Below, piece after piece: positions 9,701-19,094 of a stretch of DNA of 28,057 nucleotides (position 1 is its first letter; the number at the start of each line of letters is the position of its first letter). The notes under the pieces are model-generated. The model saw nothing but the letters and a program-made list of their open reading frames with translations. It did not search any database and was not told the DNA's origin. The stretch spans positions 1 to 28,057 of the forward strand of contig JABDOU010000283.1 in assembly GCA_013043085.1 (NCBI GenBank), in the 5' to 3' direction. This DNA is from Acidimicrobiia bacterium. GTDB lineage: Bacteria > Actinomycetota > Acidimicrobiia > Spongiisociales > SHLN01. The position numbers were made by a program, and so were the translations under genes.

Positions 9701-9962
9701 GAAGCACGGCATCCGGCCGTTCCTTCTCGATGATCTTGGCGATCACCTCCGGAGTAATCGGTTCGATGTAGGTGGCATCGGCGAACTCGGGATCGGTCAT
9801 GATGGTTGCCGGATTCGAATTGACGAGAACGACCCGGTATCCCTCTGCCCGGAGAGCTTTGGTTGCCTGTGAACCTGAGTAGTCGAACTCACAGGCCTGG
9901 CCGATGATGATTGGCCCCGACCCGATCACCAGGATCGAGGAGATATCGTTGCGCCTTGGCAT
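6720..9962 (-). CDS. carB: Carbamoyl-phosphate synthase large subunit
   Basis: 1080 aa; [37 protein letters not shown], second repeat [19 protein letters not shown], and C-terminal MGS-like domain. Confidence 0.99.
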   Translation of the reverse strand: MPRRNDISSILVIGSGPIIIGQACEFDYSGSQATKALRAEGYRVVLVNSNPATIMTDPEFADATYIEPITPEVIAKIIEKERPDAVLPTLGGQTALNATTALGAMGVLEKYGVEVIGAPLAAIDMAEDRGKFKTAMEDAGIATARAEYARSLSEAIEAAESIGFPVMVRPSFILGGGGTGLAYDLEEFKAVVGHGLATSPISEVLIEESLYGWKEFELEVMRDSANNAVVVCSIENLDPMGVHTGDSVTVAPIQTLSDREYQLMRDEAILCLSVIGVQTGGSNVQFAVDPATGRRVIIEMNPRVSRSSALASKATGFPIAKIAALLAVGYTLDEIPNDITLATPASFEPALDYVVVKIPRFDFAKFPSADGVLTTSMQSVGEVMSIGRTFPEALQKAVRSLETGHSGLVATAMESRWETMTRAELMDAVEVPTPDRLFQIAEVLRRGASVADVASATAIDPWFVDQIAAIVELRRELEISQPGVQEIRSAKRFGFSDDQLARIWDSTAGEIRKLRRQAGIQVTYKTVDTCAAEFEAATPYFYSTYEEENEAPDAGNNTVIVLGSGPNRIGQGIEFDYCCVHASLALRDAGYETVMVNCNPETVSTDYDTSDRLYFEPLHIEDVLAVIDQEQPIGVVVQLGGQTPLNLAAALAEYDVPIAGTQPDAIDAAEDRKRFDALCRELGVPQPPNGIASSVLEAEEIVDTIGFPVMVRPSYVLGGRAMRVIYSVEELTAYVENLSASGDGSVDLSKAPLLIDRFLEAAVEVDVDAVFDGAELYVGGVMEHVEEAGVHSGDSACVVPPPTISDEAQKLMRMYTHDLAAGLDVRGLINIQFAVRGNEVVVLEANPRGSRTVPFISKATGVPLAKVAARVMMGSSLEELRIEGLLRDAPTDLGFVAVKEAVLPWNRFPGEDSVLGPEMRATGEVMGIASDTPTAYAKAFMATGQALPTSGTVFISLSDRDKAEGVEVARRFANMGFRILATYGTAEYLAQHSVASVAVDKVGDGPWDPVRLIAEDKVDLVINTPRGRRARGDGRLIRQASQRAEIPSVTTLAGARAAVESIEAGSEGVVSVASLQEYHS

Positions 9963-11113
9963 CAGGCGAGCCCCATGGCCGATGCAAACTGGTCGAACAA
10001 GCCAACCGCATCGTGTGGTCCGGGTGCGGCTTCAGGGTGGTATTGAACCCCAAATGCAGGAACATCGAGACAAGCGAATCCTTCGATGGTTCCATCGTTC
10101 AGGTTTTGGTGAGTAGAAGCAACGACCCCGAAATCAGATGAGACGCGGGTCGGAAGCAGATCGGGCGTCGGCACCCCGGACCTGACCGGCGCCGTCTGGT
10201 CGGTGAGAGACCACAAATCGACGGCAAATCCGTGATTCTGAGCCGTGATGGCAACCCTCCCGGTTTCCAGGTTTCGCACCGGATGGTTGCCGCCGTGATG
10301 CCCGAAGGCCAGTTTGTAGGTGCGTGCACCCAACGCCAAACCGAGAACTTGCAGCCCGAGACATATGCCAAAAACGGGCACCTGACCAAGAAGACCCCGC
10401 AGCGTTTCAACCGGAGCCTTCAAAGGTTCAGGGTCTCCAGGACCATTGCTGACGAATACTCCCGTTGGTTGGAGTGCAAGGATTTCGCCAGCCGTAGTGG
10501 CCGCGGGTACCACGTGGACTTCGTGCCCTCGCCGGACGAGTTGGGAGATGATATCGCGCTTGATTCCAAGGTCGATCGCCACCACCCTCCCGATAGGAGT
10601 CTCAGTCGGTGACACCATATAGGGCTCAAGCGTGCTGACGCCGCTGGCAAGATCGCATCCTTCCATCCGGGGAGCCTGGGCCGCAAGTTCAACCAGTTCA
10701 GCCCGGTCGCAATCAACCCCAACAGCGACCGGCATGGCTCCTCGATCGCGGAGATGGCGTGTGAGCCGGCGGGTATCGATGCTGCCAATCCCCACGATGC
10801 CGTGGCGACCGAGATACTCACCAAGCCCACCTTCGGCTCTCCAATTGGAGTGAAGCCGAGCCATCGATCGCATCACAAACGCCGACGCATAGGGAGCTTC
10901 TGCCTGCTCGTCGGCGTTGGCAACGCCGTAGTTTCCGATGTGGGACGCCGTCATGACGACAACCTGGCCCGCATACGACGGATCGCTCAGGATCTCCTGG
11001 TACCCGGTCATGGATGTGTTGAACACGGCTTCGCCGGTTGCCACACCATCAGCTCCAACCGATTCGCCGACGAACTCCTGGCCGTCTGCTGTGACAAGCA
11101 CTGCAGGCTTCAT
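9962..11113 (-). CDS. carA: Carbamoyl-phosphate synthase small subunit
   Basis: Motifs [36 protein letters not shown] and VQYHPEA. Confidence 0.98.
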   Translation of the reverse strand: MKPAVLVTADGQEFVGESVGADGVATGEAVFNTSMTGYQEILSDPSYAGQVVVMTASHIGNYGVANADEQAEAPYASAFVMRSMARLHSNWRAEGGLGEYLGRHGIVGIGSIDTRRLTRHLRDRGAMPVAVGVDCDRAELVELAAQAPRMEGCDLASGVSTLEPYMVSPTETPIGRVVAIDLGIKRDIISQLVRRGHEVHVVPAATTAGEILALQPTGVFVSNGPGDPEPLKAPVETLRGLLGQVPVFGICLGLQVLGLALGARTYKLAFGHHGGNHPVRNLETGRVAITAQNHGFAVDLWSLTDQTAPVRSGVPTPDLLPTRVSSDFGVVASTHQNLNDGTIEGFACLDVPAFGVQYHPEAAPGPHDAVGLFDQFASAMGLA

Positions 11114-11205
11114 GGATGTTCCCCCCGCGTGATACCACCAGTGATCGAAAGCCCCCGTGCGAAGGGCTGAGGCACCTGAATACCCACAAGCGAATCAACG
11201 TTCAT
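11110..11205 (-). CDS. Putative 31-aa small ORF bridging pyrC and carA ([31 protein letters not shown])
   Basis: Its ATG (11205-11203) overlaps the pyrC TGA (11204-11202), and its TGA (11112-11110) overlaps the carA ATG (11113-11111). It fills the gap exactly. No homology evidence. Confidence 0.5.
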   Translation of the reverse strand: MNVDSLVGIQVPQPFARGLSITGGITRGEHP

Positions 11206-12479
11206 GTCAGCTGGCCTTCCGAGGACGTTGTTCGACCCATCGAAACTGTCAGCCTCACTTTTCCCGTGAGCGTCAATCCGGTGTATGGCGAGTTTGTGGA
11301 TTTCGAGGCATAGGTGCCGGGGATCCATCTGGCATTCGGGTCAAAGACGACGAGATTCGCAAGCTCGCCATGTGTTGGATACCTACCGTGGTTCGCCATG
11401 CGGGCGATTCCTGCCGGACCCGTCGACATCCACGAGAAAAACTCCGCGGCGTCGGGTTGGAGCACGGTATTCACCACCGCTGCTGCTGTCTCCAAGCCGA
11501 TGACCCCGTTAGCAGCCTCCTCAAAAGGGACCTCTTTATCAGCCGTGACATGCGGGGCGTGATCGGTGGCAACGACGTCAATCACACCGTGACGCAGACC
11601 TTCGATGAGTCCCTGGCGATCCGATTCGGTGCGTAGTGGAGGATGCATCTTGAATGCGGGATCGGTCCCGGCCTCGATTTCTTTGTCGGTGAACATCAGA
11701 TGGTGGGGAGTTACCTCAGCCGTTACCGGGACCCCTCGCAACCGGGCGTCGGCGATCAACTCGACGGATCGTGCCGATGAAAGGTGCTGGAAATGAACGG
11801 GCCGATCGGTCATCTCGGAAAGCGCTATGTCGCGAGCGACCACGATGTCCTCGGACGCCGGAGGAATTCCGCGGATTCCCAACAGGGACGAAACAGATCC
11901 TTCGTGCATATGCCCGCCCCTCGAAAGGCCTTTGTCTTCACAGTGTTGGGAAACGACACCGCCAAGGTCGCCGATGTACTCGAGCGCCTGACGCATGAGG
12001 CCGCTATCGGCGACCGGATCACCATCATCGGTGAAGATTCGGCTACCTGCTTCCCACAGTTCGTCGAGGTGGGCAAGCTCGTTGCCCTGTCGTCCCAGCG
12101 TTACTGCTCCCGCCGGCTGAACCTCTATCAAGCCAACCTCGCGTCCACGAGCAGCCACGAGCCGGGCGATGTGGCCCGAATCGATCGCAGGCATCGTGTT
12201 CGGCATCGCTACCACTGCTGTATACCCACCGAGGGCCGCTGCTTGCGAACCGGATTTGATGTCTTCTTTGTACTCGTGACCCGGTTCTCGCAGATGGGTA
12301 TGGATATCGACGAAGCCGGGACCGACCCAGCATCCGGTTGCATCGAATTCGGGGTACAGGGCATCGTTCGACAACGCCGGACCGATTGACACAATCCGGC
12401 CATTTTCGATCAATATATCGACGGTCTGCCCGCCGTCCGGTGACAACACCAGGCCTCTCCGGAGCAGAAGATCAGTCAC
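11202..12479 (-). CDS. pyrC: Dihydroorotase (type I, multifunctional-complex type)
   Basis: Motifs GFVDIHTHLREPG, VAMPNT, FTDDG, HCED, HFQHLS, EVTPHHL and ATDHAPH. GTG start at 12479 overlaps the pyrB stop (ORF open to 12494). Confidence 0.96.
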   Translation of the reverse strand: MTDLLLRRGLVLSPDGGQTVDILIENGRIVSIGPALSNDALYPEFDATGCWVGPGFVDIHTHLREPGHEYKEDIKSGSQAAALGGYTAVVAMPNTMPAIDSGHIARLVAARGREVGLIEVQPAGAVTLGRQGNELAHLDELWEAGSRIFTDDGDPVADSGLMRQALEYIGDLGGVVSQHCEDKGLSRGGHMHEGSVSSLLGIRGIPPASEDIVVARDIALSEMTDRPVHFQHLSSARSVELIADARLRGVPVTAEVTPHHLMFTDKEIEAGTDPAFKMHPPLRTESDRQGLIEGLRHGVIDVVATDHAPHVTADKEVPFEEAANGVIGLETAAAVVNTVLQPDAAEFFSWMSTGPAGIARMANHGRYPTHGELANLVVFDPNARWIPGTYASKSTNSPYTGLTLTGKVRLTVSMGRTTSSEGQLT

Positions 12480-13386
12480 GGTCGGCACCGGCAAGCGTCA
12501 TCATCACAGCCATCCGAACTGCTACTCCATTCCGCACCTGGCTGAGCACCAGCGACCGGTCTGCCTCGGCAACACCGTGTGCGATCTCGACCCCACGATT
12601 CATAGGCCCGGGATGCAAGACGACAGAATCTCCGGACATGCGCGCATATCGCTCATCAGTGAGACCGAATCGGCTCACGTACTCGGGGAGCGATGGCACA
12701 ACCTGGTCACCCCCGCGCTCGGCCTGGATCCGCAGGAGATAAAGAACATCAGTCGACTCGATAACGTCGTCGATGTGGTGAGCCACCCTGACCGGCCATT
12801 CATCGAGGGTCGGCGGCAGAAGGGTGGGCGGTGCAACAAGAGTCACGTCGGCACCGAGGGCCGTCATGGCGAACACGTTGGAACGAGCAACCCTGCTGTG
12901 CCTGATATCTCCCACGATCGCGACCGTCAACCCGTCCAATTTGCCGAATCGCTTGCGCAAGGTCAGCACATCAAGCAGCGCTTGTGTCGGATGCTGGTTG
13001 GTACCGTCTCCGGCATTGATGACCGGGACGTCGACCCATTCGCTGATGCGGTGCGCCGCACCGACGGCGTGGTGCCTGACAACCATCAGGTCGGCTCCCA
13101 GTGCCTCGAGCGTCAGGGCCGTATCGCGCAAACTTTCGCCCTTCGTCATTGAGGATCCTTGCGATCCGAAGGTCATTGTGTCAGCAGAAAGCGCCTTGGC
13201 AGCTCGTTCGAAGCTCAGGCGGGTTCGGGTGGAGTTCTCAAAGAACAACAACCCCACGGTCTTGCCCCGCAACGTCGGCACTTTCGGAATCGGCCGCTCG
13301 AGCACCTCAGCCATCTCGTCCGCCATGTTCAAGATCCACGTCAACTCGGTAGCCGTCATATGTTCAGTTGAGAGCAGATGCCTCAT
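12472..13386 (-). CDS. pyrB: Aspartate carbamoyltransferase catalytic subunit
   Basis: Motifs [38 protein letters not shown] and [11 protein letters not shown] at 13386 forms an ATGA overlap with the pyrR stop. Confidence 0.98.
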   Translation of the reverse strand: MRHLLSTEHMTATELTWILNMADEMAEVLERPIPKVPTLRGKTVGLLFFENSTRTRLSFERAAKALSADTMTFGSQGSSMTKGESLRDTALTLEALGADLMVVRHHAVGAAHRISEWVDVPVINAGDGTNQHPTQALLDVLTLRKRFGKLDGLTVAIVGDIRHSRVARSNVFAMTALGADVTLVAPPTLLPPTLDEWPVRVAHHIDDVIESTDVLYLLRIQAERGGDQVVPSLPEYVSRFGLTDERYARMSGDSVVLHPGPMNRGVEIAHGVAEADRSLVLSQVRNGVAVRMAVMMTLAGADRD

Positions 13387-13949
13387 GACAACCGCTCCAG
13401 CCACACGCCCTCGGTTCCGTCGGTTTCTTCGAGCTGAACTGTGACCCGCTCACCGACGGCCGTGGGAAGATTCTTGCCAACGTAATCCGCGCGGATCGGG
13501 AGTTGTCGATGGCCTCGATCAACCAGAACAGCCAATTGGACGGTGGAAGGTCGGCCGAGGTCGGCGAGCGCATCCAGGGCAGCCCTGATGGTTCGGCCGG
13601 TGAACAACACATCGTCGACGAGAATCACGGTTCGACCATCGAGGTCTACCGGTACCTCTGTCGGCCCAAGCCGCGTTGTGGGACGATGGTCGAGGTCGTC
13701 TCTGTACAGTCCCACGTCTACCGATCCGACCGGTACCTCGGTGTTGTCGTGCTCTCTGATCGCTGATGCGATGCGACGCGCCAGCGGTACCCCTCGTGTC
13801 GGGATGCCCAACAACACCACTTGATCGAGGTAGGGATGTTGTTCTCGAATCTCATGCGAGATCCTGCGCAAGGCCCGCCTGATGTCGTCATCGGTCAGAA
13901 GAAGCGGCGCCTCGCGGATGCGGGCTGTTTCGAGGCCGGGTTCGATCAC
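13383..13949 (-). CDS. pyrR: Pyrimidine regulatory protein / uracil phosphoribosyltransferase PyrR
   Basis: Motifs [29 protein letters not shown] and [21 protein letters not shown] start preceded by AAAGGA. Confidence 0.97.
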   Translation of the reverse strand: MIEPGLETARIREAPLLLTDDDIRRALRRISHEIREQHPYLDQVVLLGIPTRGVPLARRIASAIREHDNTEVPVGSVDVGLYRDDLDHRPTTRLGPTEVPVDLDGRTVILVDDVLFTGRTIRAALDALADLGRPSTVQLAVLVDRGHRQLPIRADYVGKNLPTAVGERVTVQLEETDGTEGVWLERLS

Positions 13950-13954
13950 AGTTT

Positions 13955-13986
13955 CCTTTCCGGCCTCACGGGACCGGTCTTAAAGG
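13955..13986 (-). promoter_or_regulatory. PyrR binding loop (cis-regulatory RNA) that sequesters the pyrR Shine-Dalgarno
   Basis: Minus strand CCUUUAAGACCGGUCCCGUGAGGCCGGAAAGG. Lower stem CCUUU/AAAGG, upper stem CCGGUC/GGCCGG, and it carries the CUUUAA and GUCCnGnGAGG PyrR consensus elements. The 3' arm is the ribosome binding site. Confidence 0.9.
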
Positions 13987-13994
13987 TTCAGGCG

Positions 13995-14000
13995 AGAATA
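13995..14000 (-). promoter_or_regulatory. Candidate -10 hexamer (TATTCT) of the pyr operon promoter
   Basis: TANNNT hexamer 8 nt upstream of the PyrR loop. No recognisable -35 at 17 nt spacing. Confidence 0.4.
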
Positions 14001-14064
14001 GCGAACGATGGCCCATAGTTGGTTTTCAACACCCATGATCGCGAAAGATTTGCGGGCTGCGACA

Positions 14065-14418
14065 TTACGGACGGGTGGAACGAGCGATTGCCGCGAGCAC
14101 CCCGTTGACGAACGATCCCGACTGTTCGGTCGAGTACCGCTTTGCGAGTTCCACAGCCTCGTTGATGACGACACCCGTCGGCGTTTCAGGCCGTGACGTC
14201 AATTCAAAAACCGCCAGACGAAGTATCGATGCGTCGACCGCGGCCATGCGCTGTATCGACCAATTCTTGGAAGCGCCTTCTATGAGCCGATCGATGTCTT
14301 CCACGTGATCAAGCACGCCTGCGACCAGTTGGCCTACCCGACCGTCTGGAATCTCTGTCGAGTTCCGTGCATGCCGCTCGTACAAGGCCAAAAATGCCTT
14401 CTCGCGTGGTTCACTCAT
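14065..14418 (-). CDS. nusB: Transcription antitermination factor NusB (short, 117 aa)
   Basis: NWSIQRMAAVDASILRLAVFEL, VVINEAVELAKRYS and FVNGVL; ATGA overlap with efp. Confidence 0.95.
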   Translation of the reverse strand: MSEPREKAFLALYERHARNSTEIPDGRVGQLVAGVLDHVEDIDRLIEGASKNWSIQRMAAVDASILRLAVFELTSRPETPTGVVINEAVELAKRYSTEQSGSFVNGVLAAIARSTRP

Positions 14419-14975
14419 GAGATACGGGTCATGTACTCCCCGGTACGCGTGTCAACCTTGATGGTGTCGCCAATGTCGACAAACAGCGGAGCCTGCACCA
14501 CCAATCCGGTCGACAATGTGACGGGTTTCGTGGCACCCGAGACTCGATCTCCTTTGACGCCGGGTTCTGTATGCGTCACTTCTAACTCCACCGACGTAGG
14601 TAGATCGACAGAAAGCGGGATTCCGTCATAGACCGGTAATTGGACGGTGGCACCGTCGTTGAGGTATGCCGCAGCCTCCCCAACCTGTTCGACGCTCAAC
14701 GCGAACTGGGAGTACGTCTCGAGATCCATGAAATGAAAGTCGGTCCCCGACCGATATAAGAACTGATGATCACGCCGATCAATAACCGCCTGTTTGACAT
14801 CCTCCCCGGCGCGAAATGTCTTGTCGACGACAGCCCCCGAATTGAGATTCTTGAGCTTCATCCTCACAAAGGCCTTGCCTTTTCCGGGCTTGACGTGCTG
14901 ATAATCGACGATCTGGAACAGACCTTCCGGGAGGTCTAGAGACTGACCTGGTCGAACATCATTGGTGGATGCCAT
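14415..14975 (-). CDS. efp: Elongation factor P
   Basis: QHVKPGKGKAFVR, HFMDLETY, PGVKGD and VQAPLFV...IKVDTRTGEY; RBS-like AAGGGG upstream. Confidence 0.98.
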   Translation of the reverse strand: MASTNDVRPGQSLDLPEGLFQIVDYQHVKPGKGKAFVRMKLKNLNSGAVVDKTFRAGEDVKQAVIDRRDHQFLYRSGTDFHFMDLETYSQFALSVEQVGEAAAYLNDGATVQLPVYDGIPLSVDLPTSVELEVTHTEPGVKGDRVSGATKPVTLSTGLVVQAPLFVDIGDTIKVDTRTGEYMTRIS

Positions 14976-15046
14976 GATTTCCCCTTTGAAAAAAGGTTTG
15001 AGAGCTGGGTTTGAGAACTGGTGTGCGAGCCGGAGTGTAAAGCGTT

Positions 15047-16729
15047 CTAGAGATGACGATTGACGGCGTTCATCACTGCTCGTAACGATGCAGTTGTGAT
15101 GTCGGAATGCAAACCGACACCCCAGATTTCATCATCGTTCACCCGCATTTCCAAATACGTCACGGCCTCCGCATCTCTACCTGTGCCCATCGCGTGTTCG
15201 TGGTAATCCATGACCCGTAGCGACACGCCCAATCGATCCTCCACTGCGGCAACGAACGCGTCCACTGCACCGTTGCCTTCACCGACGATCGTCCACTGTT
15301 CTCCTGATTCCTCGATGAGTGCTTCCACCGTTGTCCGGTCGTTTCCGCGAGCATTGTGCGAGCTGCTATGCCGGATCAGTCGGTATTTGGCGTCAGGAGG
15401 ATTGATATACGTGCTGCGGAATTCGGCCCAAATCTCGTTCGGCTGAATCTCTCTACCGGTTTCATCTGTGATCGACTGGATGACGCGCATGAAATCGATC
15501 TGCAGCCGCCTCGGCAGCTCCATCTTCTGCTCGGTCTTCAACACGTATGCAACGCCACCCTTGCCCGACTGGCTGTTGACGCGAATTACATCCTCGTAGG
15601 ATCGGCCGAGATCTGCCGGGTCGAGCGGCAAATAGGGCACGTCCCAGAGCGCCTCGCCTCCGACTGCGGCGTCCTCCTTCTCTTGAGCCTCGAAGCCCTT
15701 CTTGATCGCATCCTGGTGTGATCCCGAGAATGCCGTATAGACCAGGTCACCGACGTAGGGATGGCGGGGATGGACCGGCAATTGATTGCAGTGCTCGGCC
15801 ACGCGGCGTATCTCGTTGATGTCGCTGAGGTCGAGGCCGGGATCGACCCCCTGAGTGAAGAGGTTGAGAGCCAGGGTGACAACATCGACGTTTCCGGTTC
15901 GTTCGCCATTTCCGAAGAGGGTGCCTTCAACCCGGTCAGCACCTGCCATGACCCCGAACTCTGCCGCGGCGATCGCCGTGCCCCGATCGTTATGCGGATG
16001 CACACTCAGGACAATCGCATCGCGCCGATCCAGATTGGTGTGCATCCATTCGATCATGTCTCCAAAGAGGTTTGCGGTGGACATCTCAACTGTGGCCGGA
16101 AGGTTGATGATCACCTTGTCCGACGGTGTCGGGTCGAAGACATCCATGACAGCCTCGCACACCTCCTTTGCAAACGGCAATTCGGTACCCGTGAAACTCT
16201 CCGGCGAGTATTCATATCGAATGCGCGTGTCGCCCATCGCGGCTTCGAACTCTTTGCAGTGCTCCGCGCCCTTGACGGCGATATCGACGATGCCGGCCTC
16301 GTCCAACCCAAAGACAACTCGTCGCTGAGTTGTCGACGTCGAGTTGTAGAGGTGCATGATCCCCTCGCGGGCTCCGACGAGACTTTCATACGATCTCTCG
16401 ATGAGATCGCGCCGGGCCTGCGTCAATACCTGAATCGTCACGTCGTCCGGGATCAGATCTTCCTCAATGATGAGGCGCACGAAATCAAAGTCCGTCGACG
16501 AGGCTGCGGGGAATCCGACTTCGATTTCTTTGAAGCCGAGCGCAACGAGAGCCTGGAACATCATGAGCTTCCGCTCCGGATCCATCGGATCGATGAGTGC
16601 CTGGTTGCCGTCTCGGAGATCCACGCTGCACCAGATGGGTGAGGTGGTGATGCGGGCATCGGGCCAGGTTCGATTGCCAAGCTCGACAGCGGGGAACGGT
16701 TTGTATTTGTGGACAGGCATGCGGTTCAT
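15047..16729 (-). CDS. leuA: 2-isopropylmalate synthase (actinobacterial/yeast type)
   Basis: [49 protein letters not shown] and [10 protein letters not shown], plus C-terminal regulatory domain (GNGAVDAF). RBS GGGAG 7 nt upstream. Confidence 0.97.
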   Translation of the reverse strand: MNRMPVHKYKPFPAVELGNRTWPDARITTSPIWCSVDLRDGNQALIDPMDPERKLMMFQALVALGFKEIEVGFPAASSTDFDFVRLIIEEDLIPDDVTIQVLTQARRDLIERSYESLVGAREGIMHLYNSTSTTQRRVVFGLDEAGIVDIAVKGAEHCKEFEAAMGDTRIRYEYSPESFTGTELPFAKEVCEAVMDVFDPTPSDKVIINLPATVEMSTANLFGDMIEWMHTNLDRRDAIVLSVHPHNDRGTAIAAAEFGVMAGADRVEGTLFGNGERTGNVDVVTLALNLFTQGVDPGLDLSDINEIRRVAEHCNQLPVHPRHPYVGDLVYTAFSGSHQDAIKKGFEAQEKEDAAVGGEALWDVPYLPLDPADLGRSYEDVIRVNSQSGKGGVAYVLKTEQKMELPRRLQIDFMRVIQSITDETGREIQPNEIWAEFRSTYINPPDAKYRLIRHSSSHNARGNDRTTVEALIEESGEQWTIVGEGNGAVDAFVAAVEDRLGVSLRVMDYHEHAMGTGRDAEAVTYLEMRVNDDEIWGVGLHSDITTASLRAVMNAVNRHL

Positions 16730-16736
16730 GGATGAA

Positions 16737-16849
16737 CTCCCGGGAATTGTGACGTGACGTGTAAGCGGTTTCCGGCAGCGTTATAGCGCCGGGCTCATAA
16801 GTCGAAGGAGCGACTTCTTACGCGGAGAGTCGTCGTGCGTCGTCACAAT
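16737..16849 (-). promoter_or_regulatory. LEU-element-like structured leader of leuA
   Basis: 9-bp inverted repeat 16841-16849/16746-16754 encloses the leader. Internal hairpin AAGUCG/CGACUU (16799-16816) has loop CUCCUU. CCCGG (16789-16793) can pair with CCGGG (16739-16743), which overlaps the leuA RBS. Confidence 0.6.
16781..16846 (-). CDS. Putative leuA leader peptide, 21 aa (MTTHDDSPRKKSLLRLMSPAL)
   Basis: GTG...TAA in the aroB-leuA gap, with four Leu codons (CTC CTT x CTT ... CTA) in its 3' half. Confidence 0.65.
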   Translation of the reverse strand: MTTHDDSPRKKSLLRLMSPAL

Positions 16850-16859
16850 GCAGTTGAGC

Positions 16860-17888
16860 TTATTGGACGACTGCCCCCGCCGCAACCATCGCGGTTGATA
16901 TCAGCTTCGGGTCAACATGGATGACGACAGGATCGCCGAACGCTCTCAGGAGCACCATCCGGAGGCCCCCTGCGTCTCGCTTCTTGTCCAAAACAACCAG
17001 CTCTTCCAGATCTTTTAAGGCGAGGCCTGGAATCTGCGTGGGAAGATCCTGGGCAGCAAGCATCGTTTTCTGACGCTCGCTGCCTTCAAAACCAAGGATT
17101 TCATGCGAGATCGCGGCCGCTACCGTCATGCCGATTGAAACTGCGTCGCCATGTGGCAGGTTTCCTGCGATCTCCACTGCGTGTCCGACTGTATGGCCGT
17201 AGTTGAGGATTGCGCGGCGGCCCGACTCTTTCCAATCGTCGCTCACAACATCGGCTTTTACCCGAACGGCTTCCAACACGACCTCATTGAGATCCACCAG
17301 TGGACCGTCTGTTTCGTAGAGGTCCAGAATGCGTGCACTGCCAATACATCCGGCTTTGATGATTTCTGCGTGACCCTGGCGGGCAATCGGTGCGGGGAGT
17401 TCGGCAAGAAGCAAAGTGTCGATTACCACGCGGGACGGATGCGAAAACACACCCACGAGGTTCTTGCCATCGACGTTGACCCCGGTCTTGCCCCCGATCG
17501 CGGCATCCACCGCTCCGAGCAATGTAGTTGGCACATAGATCGCCTCAATGCCCCGCAGATATGTACCGGCCACGAACCCGGTCAGGTCCGTTGCTGCCCC
17601 GCCTCCGACACCGATCACGGTGTCAGAACGGCTCATCCCGATGCCGTTCAACCAGCGATACACCAAGCCTGCCGTCTCGAGGCTCTTGGCCGCTTCTCCA
17701 TCCGGTAGTTCAAATAGGTTGGCCCGCGGTAGTCGATCGAGAAGGGCTCGGGCGACCTCCTCTGGCTTCCCCGGTTGGTAGAGGACCGCGATACGGCCCC
17801 GGTCCCGGTCGCTGACGATCGGATCTGTTTCGATCGTCCCCTTCCCGATGACGATCTCGCACTCGGAGATGTGGATCCGGTGTGACAT
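16860..17888 (-). CDS. aroB: 3-dehydroquinate synthase
   Basis: PDGEAAKS, GGGAATDLTGFVAGTYLRG, PTTLLGAVDAAIGGKTGVN, LNYGHTVGHAVE and HGDAVSIGM. Confidence 0.97.
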   Translation of the reverse strand: MSHRIHISECEIVIGKGTIETDPIVSDRDRGRIAVLYQPGKPEEVARALLDRLPRANLFELPDGEAAKSLETAGLVYRWLNGIGMSRSDTVIGVGGGAATDLTGFVAGTYLRGIEAIYVPTTLLGAVDAAIGGKTGVNVDGKNLVGVFSHPSRVVIDTLLLAELPAPIARQGHAEIIKAGCIGSARILDLYETDGPLVDLNEVVLEAVRVKADVVSDDWKESGRRAILNYGHTVGHAVEIAGNLPHGDAVSIGMTVAAAISHEILGFEGSERQKTMLAAQDLPTQIPGLALKDLEELVVLDKKRDAGGLRMVLLRAFGDPVVIHVDPKLISTAMVAAGAVVQ

Positions 17889-17894
17889 AGCTGC

Positions 17895-19046
17895 TTAGAA
17901 GGTTGCAATGCGCTTGCGGTAGGCGTCGACTGCTGCAACGAAATCCGAAATCGTGTCTCCGCCAAACTTGCGCTGCATCTCCTGCGCAAGAACGATTGCG
18001 ACCATCGACTCTGCGACTACTCCCGCCGCAGGCACCGCGCAGACGTCAGAACGTTCCCGAATGGCTGACTTCTCATCCTTCGTTTCGACGTCGACCGTTT
18101 TGAGCGCCTTCATCAACGTAGAGATCGGTTTCATGGCAGCCCGAACTCGCACTACCTGGCCGTTCGTCATGCCTCCCTCGATCCCGCCCGCCCTATCCGT
18201 ATCCCGGACAAACTCTCCTTCGGAGTACGCGATCTCATCATGGGCGGCCGATCCCCTTCTTCGAGCCGAATCGAAACCGTCCCCGACCTCAACGCCCTTG
18301 ATCGCCTGGATGGACATCAACCCCATCGCCAGCAATGCGTCCAATCTCCTGTCGTAGTGGACATGGCTTCCTACGCCGACCGGGACCCCGTAGGCCAGAA
18401 CTTCCACGATCCCACCGAGCGTATCCCGATCGGCTTTGGCGGCTTCGATGGCTGCAACCATGGCTGATTCGGAGGCCGGGTCAGAAGACCGAACGGGAGA
18501 GGCATCAATAGTGGGGAGATCCTCTGGCGTGGGCCTCGGACCGGTCGCCGCCGCATCACCGATAGCAACGACGTGCGAAAACACATCTATCCCTACCTGA
18601 TGCAGGAGTTGTTTGGCCAGATAGCCGGCAACGGCCCTGGCTGCAGTTTCTCGAGCTGACGCACGTTCGAGAATGTCGCGAGCATCATGGGTGTCATATT
18701 TCTGCATTCCGGCGAGATCGGCATGTCCTGGACGTGGAGCGGTTGCAGGTCGCGAGCTCGCCCCGGCTTCTGGATTCATTTCTTCAGTCCACTTGGTAGC
18801 GAACTCGGTGTTTCGTACCAGCACCGAGACCGGTGATCCAAGCGTCATGCCAAAACGAAGACCGCCCAAAAACTCGATCTCGTCCTGTTCCAACTGCATC
18901 CGCCGACCGCGCCCATATCCAAGACGCCGCCGAGCCAGCTCGGCAGCAAGCCCTTCGCGACTCACGGGCAGACCAGAAGGAAGACCTTCCACGATGGTGG
19001 TCAGACCGGGCCCGTGCGATTCTCCGGCAGTCAGCAAGCGCAACAT
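17895..19046 (-). CDS. aroC: Chorismate synthase
   Basis: TAGESHGP, PRPGHADLAG, ERASARETAAR, SIQAIKGVEVG, GGIEGGMTNG, MKPISTL and ERSDVCAVP. Confidence 0.98.
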   Translation of the reverse strand: MLRLLTAGESHGPGLTTIVEGLPSGLPVSREGLAAELARRRLGYGRGRRMQLEQDEIEFLGGLRFGMTLGSPVSVLVRNTEFATKWTEEMNPEAGASSRPATAPRPGHADLAGMQKYDTHDARDILERASARETAARAVAGYLAKQLLHQVGIDVFSHVVAIGDAAATGPRPTPEDLPTIDASPVRSSDPASESAMVAAIEAAKADRDTLGGIVEVLAYGVPVGVGSHVHYDRRLDALLAMGLMSIQAIKGVEVGDGFDSARRRGSAAHDEIAYSEGEFVRDTDRAGGIEGGMTNGQVVRVRAAMKPISTLMKALKTVDVETKDEKSAIRERSDVCAVPAAGVVAESMVAIVLAQEMQRKFGGDTISDFVAAVDAYRKRIATF

Positions 19047-19058
19047 ATTCGTCGAGAT

Positions 19059-19091
19059 GGTAGCCGTGGCCGCACTGAGCTCTCGGCTACC
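19059..19091. terminator. Hairpin between the pil operon and aroC; possible U-less intrinsic terminator
   Basis: 8-bp inverted repeat GGTAGCCG/CGGCTACC with a 17-nt loop, 3 nt after the stop at 19095. No U-tract. Confidence 0.35.
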
Positions 19092-19094
19092 CAG

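Noticed and set aside
14065-14418. NusB truncation or pseudogene
   Set aside because: Short N-terminus, but the core motifs are intact and the ATGA coupling to efp is preserved.
14995-15016. GGTTTGAGA direct repeat (period 13) upstream of efp, and a TACACT hexamer at 15039-15034
   Set aside because: Two 9-mers and a lone -10 hexamer are too little to support a call.
15761-16642. 293-aa plus-strand ORF
   Set aside because: Codon-aligned antisense frame of leuA; no independent motif or RBS.
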